Shown: positions 39,977 to 53,076, counted from the first letter of the stretch. The stretch is DNA of 64,000 nt from Octopus sinensis (GCF_006345805.1 NC_043005.1:48112001-48176000); one strand, 5' to 3'. Notes: a model not told the origin generated them from the sequence alone. A program made the numbers and translations.

Positions 39977-40765
39977 CTGCAAGGAGAAATCAATGCAGTG
40001 CCACAAAGATTTGTAATGACTGAGATTTGCTTTACAAAAGAATTTCTACATTTGTAATTCTGTCTTCTTAGATAACTTTGAGGACCTTTTGTATTCATTA
40101 CTGTTGGAATGTGTCCCGCTTCTTGACCAGCTTTCTTGTCATTTTCTATGATTTACTGTCATATAAAACTGTTGGTAAAGTTATAGCATTCTATGGATGG
40201 ATCTTTGTTAATGCCACTCTACAATAAAGGTCACTTCCACTCTACAATACAGTGCAGTAGTTCTGCTAATTCCATTGGCTGTGAAACATGAAACAATCAA
40301 AGCTAAATTGTGATTAAGCAAAAAACAAGCTCCAACAATATGCAGTACCCTGTTCTAATGATAATAAAATCTATAGGCTCCATCCAAATCAAAATAAACC
40401 CAAACCACTGAAACAGCTACTATTGAAGTAGGTAGCATTCCAATATATGGTGGCTAAAATTTTCTTCCATATAAAAAAAAAAATGTTTGTTAAACATACC
40501 AACATTAGAACCTTCATGATTATATATGCTGTAGTATAGTAGAAGGTGATGGATGTAGCAAAATAGCAAAGGTGTGAATTCTAAGATTTCGTTGTACCAA
40601 AATACTTGTTTAAAGTATTTATTGCTGATGTTAACATTAAAATAAAATTTTAAATTCATTTACAGAATCAGTTTTAAGTATTTCTTTACATAAGTATTTT
40701 GATAAAAATTTATATCCATTGAATCCCTTCATTTTCAAACTTATTGATAATATATATATATATAT

Positions 40766-41256
40766 ACTAGCAGTATCGCCCGGCGTTGCTCGGGTTTGTA
40801 AGGGAAATAACTATATAAGCATTTTTAGAGAGTTACTTCCCTTATAAATTCGGGCTTTCTTAGCCATTTTTATTTTGGTGTCTTCAAGCCATGAAGTCGT
40901 TGTTCTAAAAGAACGCTGGTTTCCTTCACAACGCATTACGACGTTGATTTCTTTACACTCCCTTCCCCACAGCTTCACGAGGGAGGGAAGTGGGAGAAGC
41001 AAACAGGTGCAGCTGTGAGCGTGGACGCCAACTCCGCCGCCATCGACATACGATGCATTTTATGCATTAAAATGGAATAAAAAATGATGTTAAATTATTT
41101 TTAAAATCGTAGACTCATCGTTGATGCGCGCTAATAGTCAGACGGGCTCGATATGAATCACGACTATAAGATACCCGAATTTGGTTAAACTGCACCACAA
41201 AGTGTGGGAGGAGTTAGGAATCTAAATCGAAGGGGACAGACACTCACACAACTAGA

Positions 41257-41262
<6 letters not shown>
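40766..41262 (+). mobile_element. Non-autonomous Helitron-like element (Lep1/DINE-type ends)
   Basis: 5' actagcagtatcgcccggcgttgctcggg with short inverted repeat; 3' acagacactcacacaactagagttttata; CpG-rich interior; inserted in (TA)n. Confidence 0.55.
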
Positions 41263-41286
<24 letters not shown>

Positions 41287-41288
<2 letters not shown>

Positions 41289-41695
41289 GGTGCAGGAGTG
41301 GCTGTGTGGTAAGTAGCTTGTTTACCAGCCACATGGTTCCGGGTTCAGTCCCACTGCGTGGCACCTTGGGCAAGAGTCTTCTACTATAGCCCCAGGCTGA
41401 CCAAAGCCTTGTGAGTGGATTTGGTTGACGGAAACTGAAAGAAGCCCGTCATATATTTGTATATATATATATTATATGCGTGTGTGTGTTTGTGTGTCTG
41501 TGTTTGTCCCCCTAGCATTGCTTGACAACCGATGCTGTTGTGTTTATGTCCCCATTACTTAACGGTTCGGCAAAAGAGACCGATGGAATAAGTACTGGGC
41601 TTACAAAAGAATAAGTCCCGGGGTCGAGTTGCTCGATTAAAAGGCGGTGCTCCAGCATGGCTGCAGTCAAATGACTGAAACTAGTAAAAGAGAGT
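41287..41695 (+). mobile_element. SINE family B copy (full length, near consensus)
   Basis: Head, B box gggttcagtccc, tail ggcggtgctccagcatggctgcagtcaaatgactgaaac. Confidence 0.9.
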
Positions 41696-41807
41696 ATATA
41701 TATAAAATGATAAGGGTGAAAAAATTGAATATTAATTTGATTAATATCAATTTAAAACCAGTGGTCTAGCATATTAAAATCTGAAGAATCAGAAAAATTA
41801 TATTACA

Positions 41808-41908
41808 TACATATAAGATGGATGACCACTATGTGGACATCCATTATGCTAGAAGTAGATCCTCTAGCATAATGGATGTCCACGTAGTAGTCATCCATCT
41901 TATATGTA
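41808..41908. repeat. Hairpin with ~46-bp arms
   Basis: tacatataagatggatgaccactatgtggacatccattatgctaga / tctagcataatggatgtccacgtagtagtcatccatcttatatgta, 2 transitions. Confidence 0.9.
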
Positions 41909-42149
41909 TATATATATAGAATATGAGGAGTTTAATTCATTTGTGGTCTAAACGAATAGGCATGCTGGTTAAGTGCTATAGTTTGTCAACCAATAGGCTT
42001 CAAGATCACTGCTAAGGCTGGATCTATGGATCTGTGTTAAGGTTCTATTATAACAGATATATATTATATTAGAGGAGAAATCAAAACCAAAGCAGAATGA
42101 ATATCTCAAGTCATTTAGAATAATTTAATTAGGGTAAGGTGAATTTGAA

Positions 42150-42225
42150 GTCTTACAGCTGTTTCTGGGATAACCCAAGTGGTTGGTTAGCACGTCCATG
42201 CACCAGATATTTCGTCATCAGAGAC
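42150..42225 (-). ncRNA. Type-I hammerhead-ribozyme-like motif (GUA site)
   Basis: gucu CUGAUGA c...a GAAA cagcug UA agac: 4-bp stem I, full core, palindromic stem III; stem II degenerate. Confidence 0.5.
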
Positions 42226-43374
42226 AAGGTATGAATATCTTAGATAGGGAAAATTTACAGTTTACAAGGAATAAAATTCACAGTTTATAAGGAATAAAAT
42301 AGAAGGATAAAGTAGTGAAATAGAAGAATAAAGAGTAAAAGTAGTTAGAATAATATAGGCAGGAGAATAATGTTCACAACTCATCTTTTTCCAGATTTTT
42401 AGTTAAAATCCCAGTAAATCCAAGCAGTATTTTGGCAGTATTCTGAATGATGTACACCTATTGTAAATGTATATATAGAGTGAGAAAGTATGATGGACAT
42501 AAATGGGGTTTGTGATTAGGTGTGTGTGAGAGAGAGAGAGAGGAGAGGGAGGGAGAGAAGAAAAAGAGAAAAGAGAGATAGGAGAAAGGATTAGAAAATA
42601 AGATAGTGGTATAGGGAAAAATAAGAATAAAATAAAAATAATAATAATAATAATAATAAAAATTAGAATAAAAGTTAAGGTAATGACAGATATGTTCTAA
42701 ATGGGTTCTGTGAGTAAATGTATGGGAGAGAGGAAAAAGGAATAAGAATAAAATAAGATAGAGGTAACAGGATAAAGAATAATAAGATATTATTAGAAGT
42801 CAAACATAAAAGTTTCAGTAGAGTTGGAGTGGAAGGCCAATCTAGGTAAGGTTGTAAGGACAATACTTTAGTGCAGATATTTAAAATTGTATTTCAAGCT
42901 TCATAGTCATTAAATGATATGAGATAAAGGATTAAGAATTAAACCTAAGATTGAAAACTAAAATCTAAAACCTAAACTTAAAATTACAAAGTAAGAAAAC
43001 TAAAATCTAAAAAAAAATATAAAAATCGAAAATTATTGTGTTGAAATTAGCTAGTTTCTAAGATAGTTGTGTTGACAGAGAGGTAGGGAAAAAAGAAGAG
43101 AGTATATATAAATATATACATGCATACACATAAATAGACATGTATACACACATACATACACATGCATACACATAAGCGTTCATGTAAGGTGTGCACATAT
43201 AATGCATACACACACATACTTACATATATATATATATATATTGAAACAATTATGGATGGATGTATTATGCATGTTGATTTTGTATACATTTGGATCTATG
43301 GAAGAATTTAAAGGTCTGATAGAACCTATGACAACATGTAGAAAAAGCTTCGTTTTATTTATTTAGTAATTGCG

Positions 43375-43452
43375 GTGAATTATGTATTAATATTTGGAAG
43401 GCTTCTTTTAGACATAGTCCACAAGCCTTCCAAATATTAATACACAACTCAC
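43375..43452. repeat. Hairpin with 22-bp perfect stem and 18-nt loop
   Basis: tgtattaatatttggaaggctt / aagccttccaaatattaataca. Confidence 0.85.
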
Positions 43453-45427
43453 TGCAATTATGCAGTGCTATGCAGTGGGACTGAACCCAGAACCATGTGG
43501 TTGGGAAGCAAGCTTCTTCCCACACAGCCACTCCTGCAGCTACATACTTGTGTGCTTGTATGAGATATTTGTATTTCTTATATAAATTCCAGATATGTAC
43601 CATGCTTAAACTGATACTATGATAGTTTAATAAACACATGCTAAACCCTTCTATAAATTTAGCAAAATAAGAATGGAGACATTCTAGTCTGTTACTTCCA
43701 ATTTTGAAATGCTGAGAAATTCTTCAAATATTTTTACATAAGCAAAGTTATATCTTGTATGTTTTATATACACAACACACACATATATGCAATACATTAT
43801 GTGTGCATATATCCACACATATCAGTGTGTGTGTCTCTGAGTGTTTGCATGTGTGTGCCATAATTATGTGGATAAATATTTCATAGTCATACTGAAAATA
43901 TTTATTGTGTAAGAGATTAGCTTTAGGGCCCAATAAATATGGAAAATATCAGATACTATATCCAATGATATTTAATTACAATTAATATGAAGATTCACTT
44001 TAAAATTAAATCAACCCGAATATTGAAATATTTATGTCTATATATACAATATATTCTCTCTCTGGACACAATATGTTTCTGTCAATCAGATTTTCATGCA
44101 ATCTATTATCACCTGATGGCTTTACCTGCAGTTCTCCAAAGAGAATAGAAATTGGTATTTGCTGCTTATATACGCTTTAGGATAGAAGAAGGTGATGTGT
44201 CTACTCAAATATCTAAAATGTGAATTTTAAGATTTGACTGTGCCAAAATATTTGTAAAAGTATTTATTACTGATGTTGATATTAAAAATGAAATTTTAGA
44301 TTAATATACAGAATCAGTTTAACAAATTTCTATACATAAATATTTTGTACTTTTACAGGAAATATTTTTATGTAAGGAATTAGTGAAAAGTCAAAAGACA
44401 ACTGAACAAATCTTAACTCTTCAATAAAAGTTAATAGAATCTTTACATTTATAGTGATGTGATAATCAGGGCTGGTGCTAGGAAGTGTGGGGCCTAATTA
44501 GAGAATTGTCAGTGGAGTCCTCCACTGTACAAAAGCTGAATATTGATGCTTTATACTTTTTATAGTATTCCAGTCCCATCCAAATAACATTGAGGGCTTG
44601 ACACTCTGCCTTTGGCCACAATGATATACTAAAAATTCATCATAGGATCCCTTGCTCTAGCATGTGCATGGGGACCCTCTTTTGGTGCAGAAGCCCTCTC
44701 TTGATGCAGGGACCAATTTGAGCAAATGTCTAATTGGCTTAAAACTGGCCCTGGTGATGATAGCCAACTATGTGAATCTGATTACCAAGATATTGTATGT
44801 ATGTATGTATGTATGTATGTATGCATGCATGTATGTATGTATGTATGTATGTATGTATGTATGTATGTATGTATGTATGTATGTATGTATGTATGTGTGT
44901 ATGTATGTATGTATGTATCTATATCTATATATATATATATCTATATATATATATCTTTATATACAGGTGATGTTTTGGACTACCATTTATCATTCTGAAG
45001 ATTAGTCTGTTAGTTTTACTTCTCAACATACTTGTATATATGGTTGTACACATTCATATGTATATGTACATATATATATATATATATATATAAGATTTTG
45101 AAATAATGTATATTATACAACAAGATTATGAAATAACAGTAAACATATGTGTGTGTGTCTTTGTGTGTGTCTGTGTTTGTACCCCTACCATTGCTTGACA
45201 ACTGATGCTGGTGTGTTTATGTCCCTGTAACATAGCGGTTCAGCAAAAAGAGACTGATAGAATAAGTTACTAGGCTTACAAAGAATAAGTCCTGGGGTTG
45301 ACTTTTTCAACTAAAAGGTGGTGCTCCAGCATGGCTGCAGTCAAATGACTGAAACAACTATAAGAATAAAGGAATTATAATACAATTATAATATAAAAAG
45401 ATATATGATATAATATAAGAAATATAT

Positions 45428-45484
45428 ATCCTACAATTTGTTTCGATTCATATCCACTAGTGGATTTAATCTCGTCAGGGTAAT
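45428..45484 (-). ncRNA. Type-I hammerhead ribozyme motif, left arm
   Basis: auuacc CUGACGA gauu..auccacuaguggau..aauc GAAA caaauug UA ggau; G10.1-C11.1 present. Confidence 0.6.
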
Positions 45485-45644
45485 ATTTGTCTAAAAAAAA
45501 AGACAAAAGTTTCATGCAAGAACTGCTAAATCGTAAAATAAAGTGATTTATAATATACCTATGTTTTAGATAATTACATTTTAAATCACTCTATTTTATG
45601 ATTTAGCAGTTCTTACATGAAATTTTTGTCTATTTTTTTAGACA

Positions 45645-45738
45645 AATGTTATCCTGATGAGATTCATAGACATAAATGTAAATTTTTTTAATAAATTCAC
45701 TAGTGGATATGAATCGAAACAAATTGTAGGATAATATT
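45645..45738 (+). ncRNA. Type-I hammerhead ribozyme motif, right arm
   Basis: aauguuauc CUGAUGA gauucaua...uaugaauc GAAA caaauug UA ggauaauauu; 8-bp stem II, 9-bp stem I with one bulge. Confidence 0.65.
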
Positions 45739-46098
45739 AGTTTTCATTATTTGTTATATTATATTTATTGTATTGTATTATATATTTTTATAGTGTAATT
45801 ATATTATATTATAATGTTAATAAATTTATAATATATCAATTGTATTTCTCTATTTCCTTTAATATTTATATATTGCAATTATACCATTTTAAATTATACC
45901 ATTTTGTAGCCCCTAATGGTAAATTATTTGCTCTTAACATATTGGGCTTCTAGACTATTTACAAAAAAACAAAAGATGAAGACAGATGTAGGAACAAGTA
46001 TATTAGTTTAACACTTGGGAAAAAATGGAAAAGTCTGTTATGTTTCAAGCCTATGCTCTTGTACATATGAGAGAGAGAGAGAAGGGGCGAGTGTCAGG

Positions 46099-46152
<54 letters not shown>

Positions 46153-46169
46153 TTATGCTGAGGCTAAAC

Positions 46170-46420
46170 TTCCAGAACTTGAAAACTTCTTCTGTCTGAT
46201 GTGTGGCAGTTGGTGAATGATGGAGTTTGATGTTGCTACCCTCATATATACATTTCCTTCCATGAGGTACGTTCATCCAGAACTCTTGACAGGGGGGGAA
46301 TACTTTTTAGCTTTGAAAACACCTACATCCACACCAATGCACATCTCTTGTACTTATAGGGAGGATATTGAGCTCTGGGCTTTTGAAACCATTGCAGAAT
46401 CTGCTCCTGTATTTTGATGG
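46170..46420 (-). mobile_element. Older CR1/L2-group LINE 3' fragment
   Basis: DVGVFKAK..LSRVLDERTSWKEMYMRVATSNSIIHQ aligns with the LINE at 29362-29927. Confidence 0.7.
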
Positions 46421-46462
46421 TGATGTAGAGATCTTATATGCATATATGTGTGTGTTTGTGTG

Positions 46463-46494
<32 letters not shown>

Positions 46495-47412
46495 CATACC
46501 CCTATAAATACACACATAAAATACATACACACAAACGTGTCTATGTATAAAATCATATGTATGCATATGTGTGTGTTTGTATGTGTATGAGTGAATATGT
46601 GTGTGTAGATTTTATACATTAAACACATATTTATACATATACACATGTACACATACATGTATGCACACACACACTCATACATACACATGCACATATATTA
46701 ATCAATGAAATTCCAACTTAGTCTGAGTTTCATGTTTAATTATGTGCAATTTTAACAATTTTACAATTTTACAGTTTTATAATCTCCTAATATAATAATG
46801 AGCATAATATTTTTATATATTTCTGTGTGTATATATATATATGTCCAAAAATCACAGAATTGGAGTAGGGCGGAATAGGAGAAAGTGTGGTATAAATGAA
46901 GGGAGAGGAGAGAAAATAGCAATTCAGTGAAGGAGAAGTAGTGAGAGTAATTGTCCTGACTGAAAGAGAGAGAGTGAGAGAAAGTAATAGCAATGAGAGA
47001 AAGGAAGTGGCAAAGAGCACATCGTGTATCCTCTATTTTTCTCCATTACAACATATGAATGAGAAAGGAAGGGGTGATAGATGAATATTGAAGGAAGGGG
47101 TGAAAATAATCAGCTTATCAACTCTGTGTGAGTAAAAGTGAATGTTTGTGCGCATGCGTGTGTGTGTGTGTGTGGTGTGTGCAATGGAAATGGGATGGTG
47201 AACGTTCAATGCTGAAAAGAAAAATCAAAGAGCATTTCAAATCTGTTTGAGAATATGTGTGTATGTGTGTGCATGTACAAAGGAAGTATGTGAATGTTTG
47301 TATCTGTGATTATTATGTACCTTATTTTATACTTTATTTATATATGAAATATTACAATTAGACATCATTTTTTACTACACAAGGTCAGCTAGTATGTGTT
47401 TGTATGTTTGTC

Positions 47413-48295
47413 TTAGAGTCAACCTAGCAAAAACTAAAGTCTTAATAAGTAGGAAAGCAGACAAACCACTAATCCCTTTTGGCCCTGCTCGATCTGTAGA
47501 AAAGGTGTAAGTAGGAACTCCATAAGATGGACCCAGTGTAAGCTATGGACACACAGGAGGTGCAGCAATATCAAAAGAAAGTTAACTGGGAAGATAGTTT
47601 TTGTGTGTGACAAATGCTCAGGAGCAATAAACACTGAAAATGTGCAGAAAACAGCTTCCGTCACATTCCACAGGGAAAACTACAAGTGTTGATAGCTTCC
47701 ATTACCTAGGTAACCAAGTCAGTAGCGAGGGTTGATGCTCTGAAAGTGTAGCTGCTAGAATAAGGATAACCTGGGCAAAGTTAATAGAGCTCCTACCTCT
47801 GCTGGTGACAAAGGACCTCTCCCTCAGAGTTAAAGGTAAACAGTATGATGCATGTGGGTGAACTGCTATGCTACATGGTAGTGAAACATAGGCTATGGCT
47901 GCTGAGGACATGTGTAAGCTTGCAAGGAATGAAGCTAGTATGCTCTGTTAGATGTGTAATGTCAGTGTGCATACTCGACAGAGTGTAAGCACCCTGAGAG
48001 AAAAGTTGGACTTAAGAAGCATCAGATGTGGTGTGCAAGAGAGACAAGTGTGCTGGTATGGTCATGTGTTACTAATCGATGAGGACAGCTGTGTGAAAAA
48101 GAGACACGTAAAAGCACCCACTACACTCTTGGAGTGGTTGGCATTAGGAAGGATATCCAGTTGTAGAAACTTTGCCAGATCAGATTTGGAGGCTCATGCA
48201 GCCTTCTGGCATGCCAGCCCTAAGTCAAACCATCCAACCCATGCCAGCATTGGCAGCAGACGTTAAATGATGATGGGGATGATGATGATGATGAT
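47413..48295 (+). mobile_element. RTE-clade LINE fragment (Cys-rich insert, post-RT region, deleted junction to 3' UTR)
   Basis: LRVNLAKTKVL..PCSICRKGV..CKLWTHRRCS..CDKC..YLGNQV..AARIRITWAK..MLHGSET..CWYGHV; several stops. Confidence 0.9.
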
Positions 48296-48906
48296 ATGTA
48301 TATCTGTAAATAATAATGATACCTTATAAGCTTAAAGCTTATAAGCGATCACCATGTATTCACTAAGGAAAATAGTCTGATACTAGGGCATATGAGCCCT
48401 TGACAGAAGCTTCAGGCTTATAGAATATTATTATTTACAGATTTGTCACTTGTCACCATTTCCCAATTCATCAAAGATATATATATATATATATATCAAA
48501 TGATATTTGATATATACGCATTTATTTATTGGGAATAATTCAAATTGATATTCCTAACTTGAATACCTCATCCCTGTGACGCCGGAATTGATATTCCCTC
48601 ATTATTATAAAAATATATATCAAATGATATATATTTATACACACATATATATAACAAATCATATGTATTTCTACATATATATATATATACATCTTTTACC
48701 TGTTTCAGTCATGTTAGACTGCATCCAAGCTAGAGCACTTCCTTGAATATTTAGTCAAAGGAATCAACCCCAGAACTCATTTTTTAGGCCTGGTACTTAT
48801 TTTAATGGTTTCTTAGTGGTGGTGGGTGGACAAACACAAGCAGAAATAAACACACATGTAGATAGATACACATACATACCTACCTATATACATACATACA
48901 TATATA

Positions 48907-49134
48907 TATTTCTTTACTACCCACAAGGGGCTAAACACAGAGGGGATAAACAAGGACAAACGGATTAAGTCGATTACATCGAACCCAGTGCGTAACTGGT
49001 ACTTAATTTATCGACCCCGAAAGGATGAAAGGCAAAGTCGACCTCGGCGGAATTTGAACTCAGAACATAACGGCAGACGAAATACGGCTACGCATTTCAC
49101 CCGGCGTGCTAACATTTCTGCCAGCTCACCGCCT
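48907..49134 (-). mobile_element. SINE family A copy (well preserved)
   Basis: Head aggcggtgagctggcagaaatgttagc, B box gagttcaaattc. Confidence 0.9.
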
Positions 49135-49142
49135 ATACATAC

Positions 49143-49209
<67 letters not shown>

Positions 49210-49579
49210 CGATGGCCTTCTTTCAGTTGCTGTTTACTAAGTACTCACAAGGCTTTGGTTGGTTCAAGGCTATAGCGAAACACACACCCAAGGTGATACA
49301 CAGTGGAGCTGAACCCAGAATAATGTGGTTGGGATGCAAGCTTCTTACCACACAGCCATGCCTGCACCTATATGTCTGTATGTGTGTGTGTGTTTGTGTG
49401 TGTGTTAGAATTCATATATATATCTTTGAGTGTTTTTGAAACTATGTATATAGAATTATATGATTTTATAACTTCCTATGTGCCAAACGTGACTTGTGTT
49501 CTATGTGCATATCTATATGAGGTAATTCTGTCAAGTGTATGTATACATATGTGTGAGTGTGTGCATGTGTTCCTGTATA

Positions 49580-49621
49580 AATGCATGTATATGTATATAT
49601 GTTAATGCATATATGTGAATT

Positions 49622-49661
<40 letters not shown>

Positions 49662-49809
49662 TGTCTGTTTGAGAAATCTATATGTGCAAATCTATGAATG
49701 AATGCATATCAAAGTATGTGCATGAATACATACGTACATACGTACATACGTACATACATACATACAAACATACATACAAACATACATACATACATATATA
49801 CATACATAC

Positions 49810-49856
<47 letters not shown>

Positions 49857-50335
49857 TCTATATATATATGTGTGTATATATATATATTTACACACACACA
49901 CACACATATATATATGTATATATATATATATAATATATATATATATAATATATATATATATATGTACATACATATTTATCTATACATATATATATGTGTG
50001 TGTGTGTGTGTGTATGTATATGTACATGCTTATGTGTGTGTGTTTGTTATATAATATTAATGTATTACACTGTATGCTTCTGTGAATCTTTGTATGTATA
50101 TGAATGTGTGTCTGTATATATATGCATAAATATAATAATAATATTAGCTAGTATAATTTATATATTATACATAAATACTTATATATGTTTATGTGAATAT
50201 ATATATATATATATATACGCACACACATATATATATGTATATGCATATATATATATATGCACACACACACATGTACATATTACATATACATACATATATA
50301 TACATATACATGCATGCAGTCACACATTCATATAT
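49580..50335. repeat. (TA)n/(TACA)n/(TG)n microsatellite block
   Basis: Directly visible. Confidence 0.9.
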
Positions 50336-51107
50336 GGATTATGCTAAAATTAATGCAAGCCTGCCTGCAGTCTGTATACACATGTGTTTTTGTGTAATGC
50401 TCTTATGGCATTGCCTATGCCTCTGTGTGCATGCAGGCATGTGAGCATGTGTGCATACATGCATATACATATGTCTGTTAGGAAGCAAGTCTGAGAATCT
50501 CACTAATGAATTGGTCAGTGGAGAAGTGCTGGCCATAGCAGTGACAATTCAGAATAAGTAAAGCCACACTAGGACAGATGGTCATTAGGCTGGACTATAG
50601 GTAGGAATGATGAGATGTATGTATGTATGTATGTATATATGTATATATGTGTGCATGTGTAAATATGTATGTGTGTGTCCAAGAGTATTTATATATGTGT
50701 GTGTGTATGTAATATATGTGAGGCCATAAGGCAGACAATCTTAAGAAGTTATGGGTGGGGGTGGAGTGGGGTGAGGATGGTGGAGGAGGGTTTCCGAGGT
50801 GGAATGGCGTTGCCCTTAGTAGCTTCCATGCAGAAGGACAACTAAGATGCGAATCAAAGAAAAACATAAGAACGAAAAAGAAAGAAGAAAAATTACTTTG
50901 TGTGGGGTAGGGTGGGGGTGGGGGTGAAGCCAGTGGATTAAAGAAAATAGGCAAATAGATAAATAGATAGAGAGAAGGGAAGAGAGGGAGAGAGATAGTG
51001 GGATGGACAGATATCAAAATAGATCAGTAAATATATTGATAAGTAGAGAGATATTTAATTGGTGAATATATATACATATATATATGTATATATATGTATA
51101 TATATAG

Positions 51108-51143
<36 letters not shown>

Positions 51144-52257
51144 ATTATACATAAATGTGTGTACACACACACACATATATACACATTCATAAACACATAC
51201 ACACTCCCACGCATATATATATATCAACCCATGCTAGCATGGAAAACGGACGCTAAACGATGATGATGATGATGATGATATATATATATATACTTAGACA
51301 CACACACATATATATATATATACACATAAGTATGCATATGATAGATAATGAGACGAATGGGTTAAATGCTGTGTTTTTTATTATAAATAATGATGTTACC
51401 ATTATTATTAGCAATGGTTGTTGTTGTTGTTGTGGTCAACAGTGGTGGTGGTGGTGGTGGTGGTGGTGGCGGCGGCAGTGGTGGTGGTGATATTGTTGTT
51501 GAAGTTATGACATTGTACCATGTGGCTTTGTACACCCTGCACTTTTTGTCATCCTTACTGCTGCTGCTGCGGCCACTGCAGCTGAAGCTGCTGCGGCCAC
51601 TGCTGCTGCTGCTGCTGATGATGATGATGATGGTATAATTGATATTTACAATGTTGTTTTTATTCTTGTTACTGACATGATACTTGTAGGTTTTATTCTT
51701 GTTATTAGTAGTGATAGCCCTCAAATCTCAGATTTCAAGTAATGCTGCTACTGCTACTGCTACTACTGCTACTGCTGCTGCTGCTGTTGTTGTTTTATCA
51801 TTGTTTTTGACAGTAATTTTTTTGTTGTTATTGGGGTTGGTTTCCTTTCAGTTCAGCCCTGGGTTAGCCCTAATCCAGCAGACTTATAACTAAAAGCATT
51901 CTGACTTAGTTTATCTTATATTATCTTCTCTCTGTGTCCAGAGAGCCTAGACTTCATTATATCTCTTCTAACAACTTCAGGTGCACTTAGGGACAACCTT
52001 GCTACTATTTCTAGCATATTGAGTAAATGCATACAGGCACCACTGTGTTGTCTATATTAGTAATTAAGGGTGTGAGGAAGAGTAGTGTTAATGATGATGG
52101 TAGCAGCACTTTTGAAGGTTCAGGTTACATGAGTAAAGTTTGTAATGTTGTCGAGATGGCATCTATGTGGTCACTCGCTTTCCAAGAAATAGCAGCCAAA
52201 TATCTTTCAAATCACAATCAACTGTCTTAAAAAGCATGTCTTTTATAATATAATTTG

Positions 52258-52308
<51 letters not shown>

Positions 52309-52321
52309 TATAGATAGATAC

Positions 52322-52373
<52 letters not shown>

Positions 52374-52525
52374 AGTCCTAGGTGAAGGCATGGGTGTGTA
52401 GTAAGACACTTGCTTCTTAAATGGTTCAGTCCCACTGTGTGGTACCTTGGGCAAATGTCTTGTAATATAGTCTCAGCCATGTAAGTGAATTTGGCAGATG
52501 GAAACTGCAAAGAAGCCTGTCATAT

Positions 52526-52594
<69 letters not shown>

Positions 52595-52839
52595 ATATTC
52601 TTTATTCTTTTACTTGTTTCAATCACTTGACTGCGGTCATGCTGGAGCACTGCCTTAAAGGGTTTTTTTAGTTGAAGAAATTGATCCCAGGACTTACTCT
52701 TTGTAAGCCTAGTACTTATTCTATCAGTCTCTTTTGGAATACTAAGTTATGGGTGTGTAAACACACCAACATTGGTTGTCAAGTGATGGTGGGAGGAACA
52801 AACATAGACACACATATAAATATATCCATATATATTCTT

Positions 52840-53021
52840 TAATTTTATTTGTTTCAGTCATTTGACTGCAGCCATGCTGGAGCACCGACTTTACTCAAAC
52901 AAAATAACCCCAGGACATATTCTTTGTAAGCCCAGTACTTATTCTGTCGTTCTCTTTTGCCCAACCACTAAGTTACAGGGATGTAAACACAGCTGCACAT
53001 ACAAACATATACATATATATG

Positions 53022-53076
<55 letters not shown>

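Larger units (their letters stand above)
45425..45738. mobile_element. Fold-back element whose two arms each carry a hammerhead motif
   Basis: ~130-160-bp imperfect inverted arms; right arm has a ~28-bp insertion inside stem II. Confidence 0.85.
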
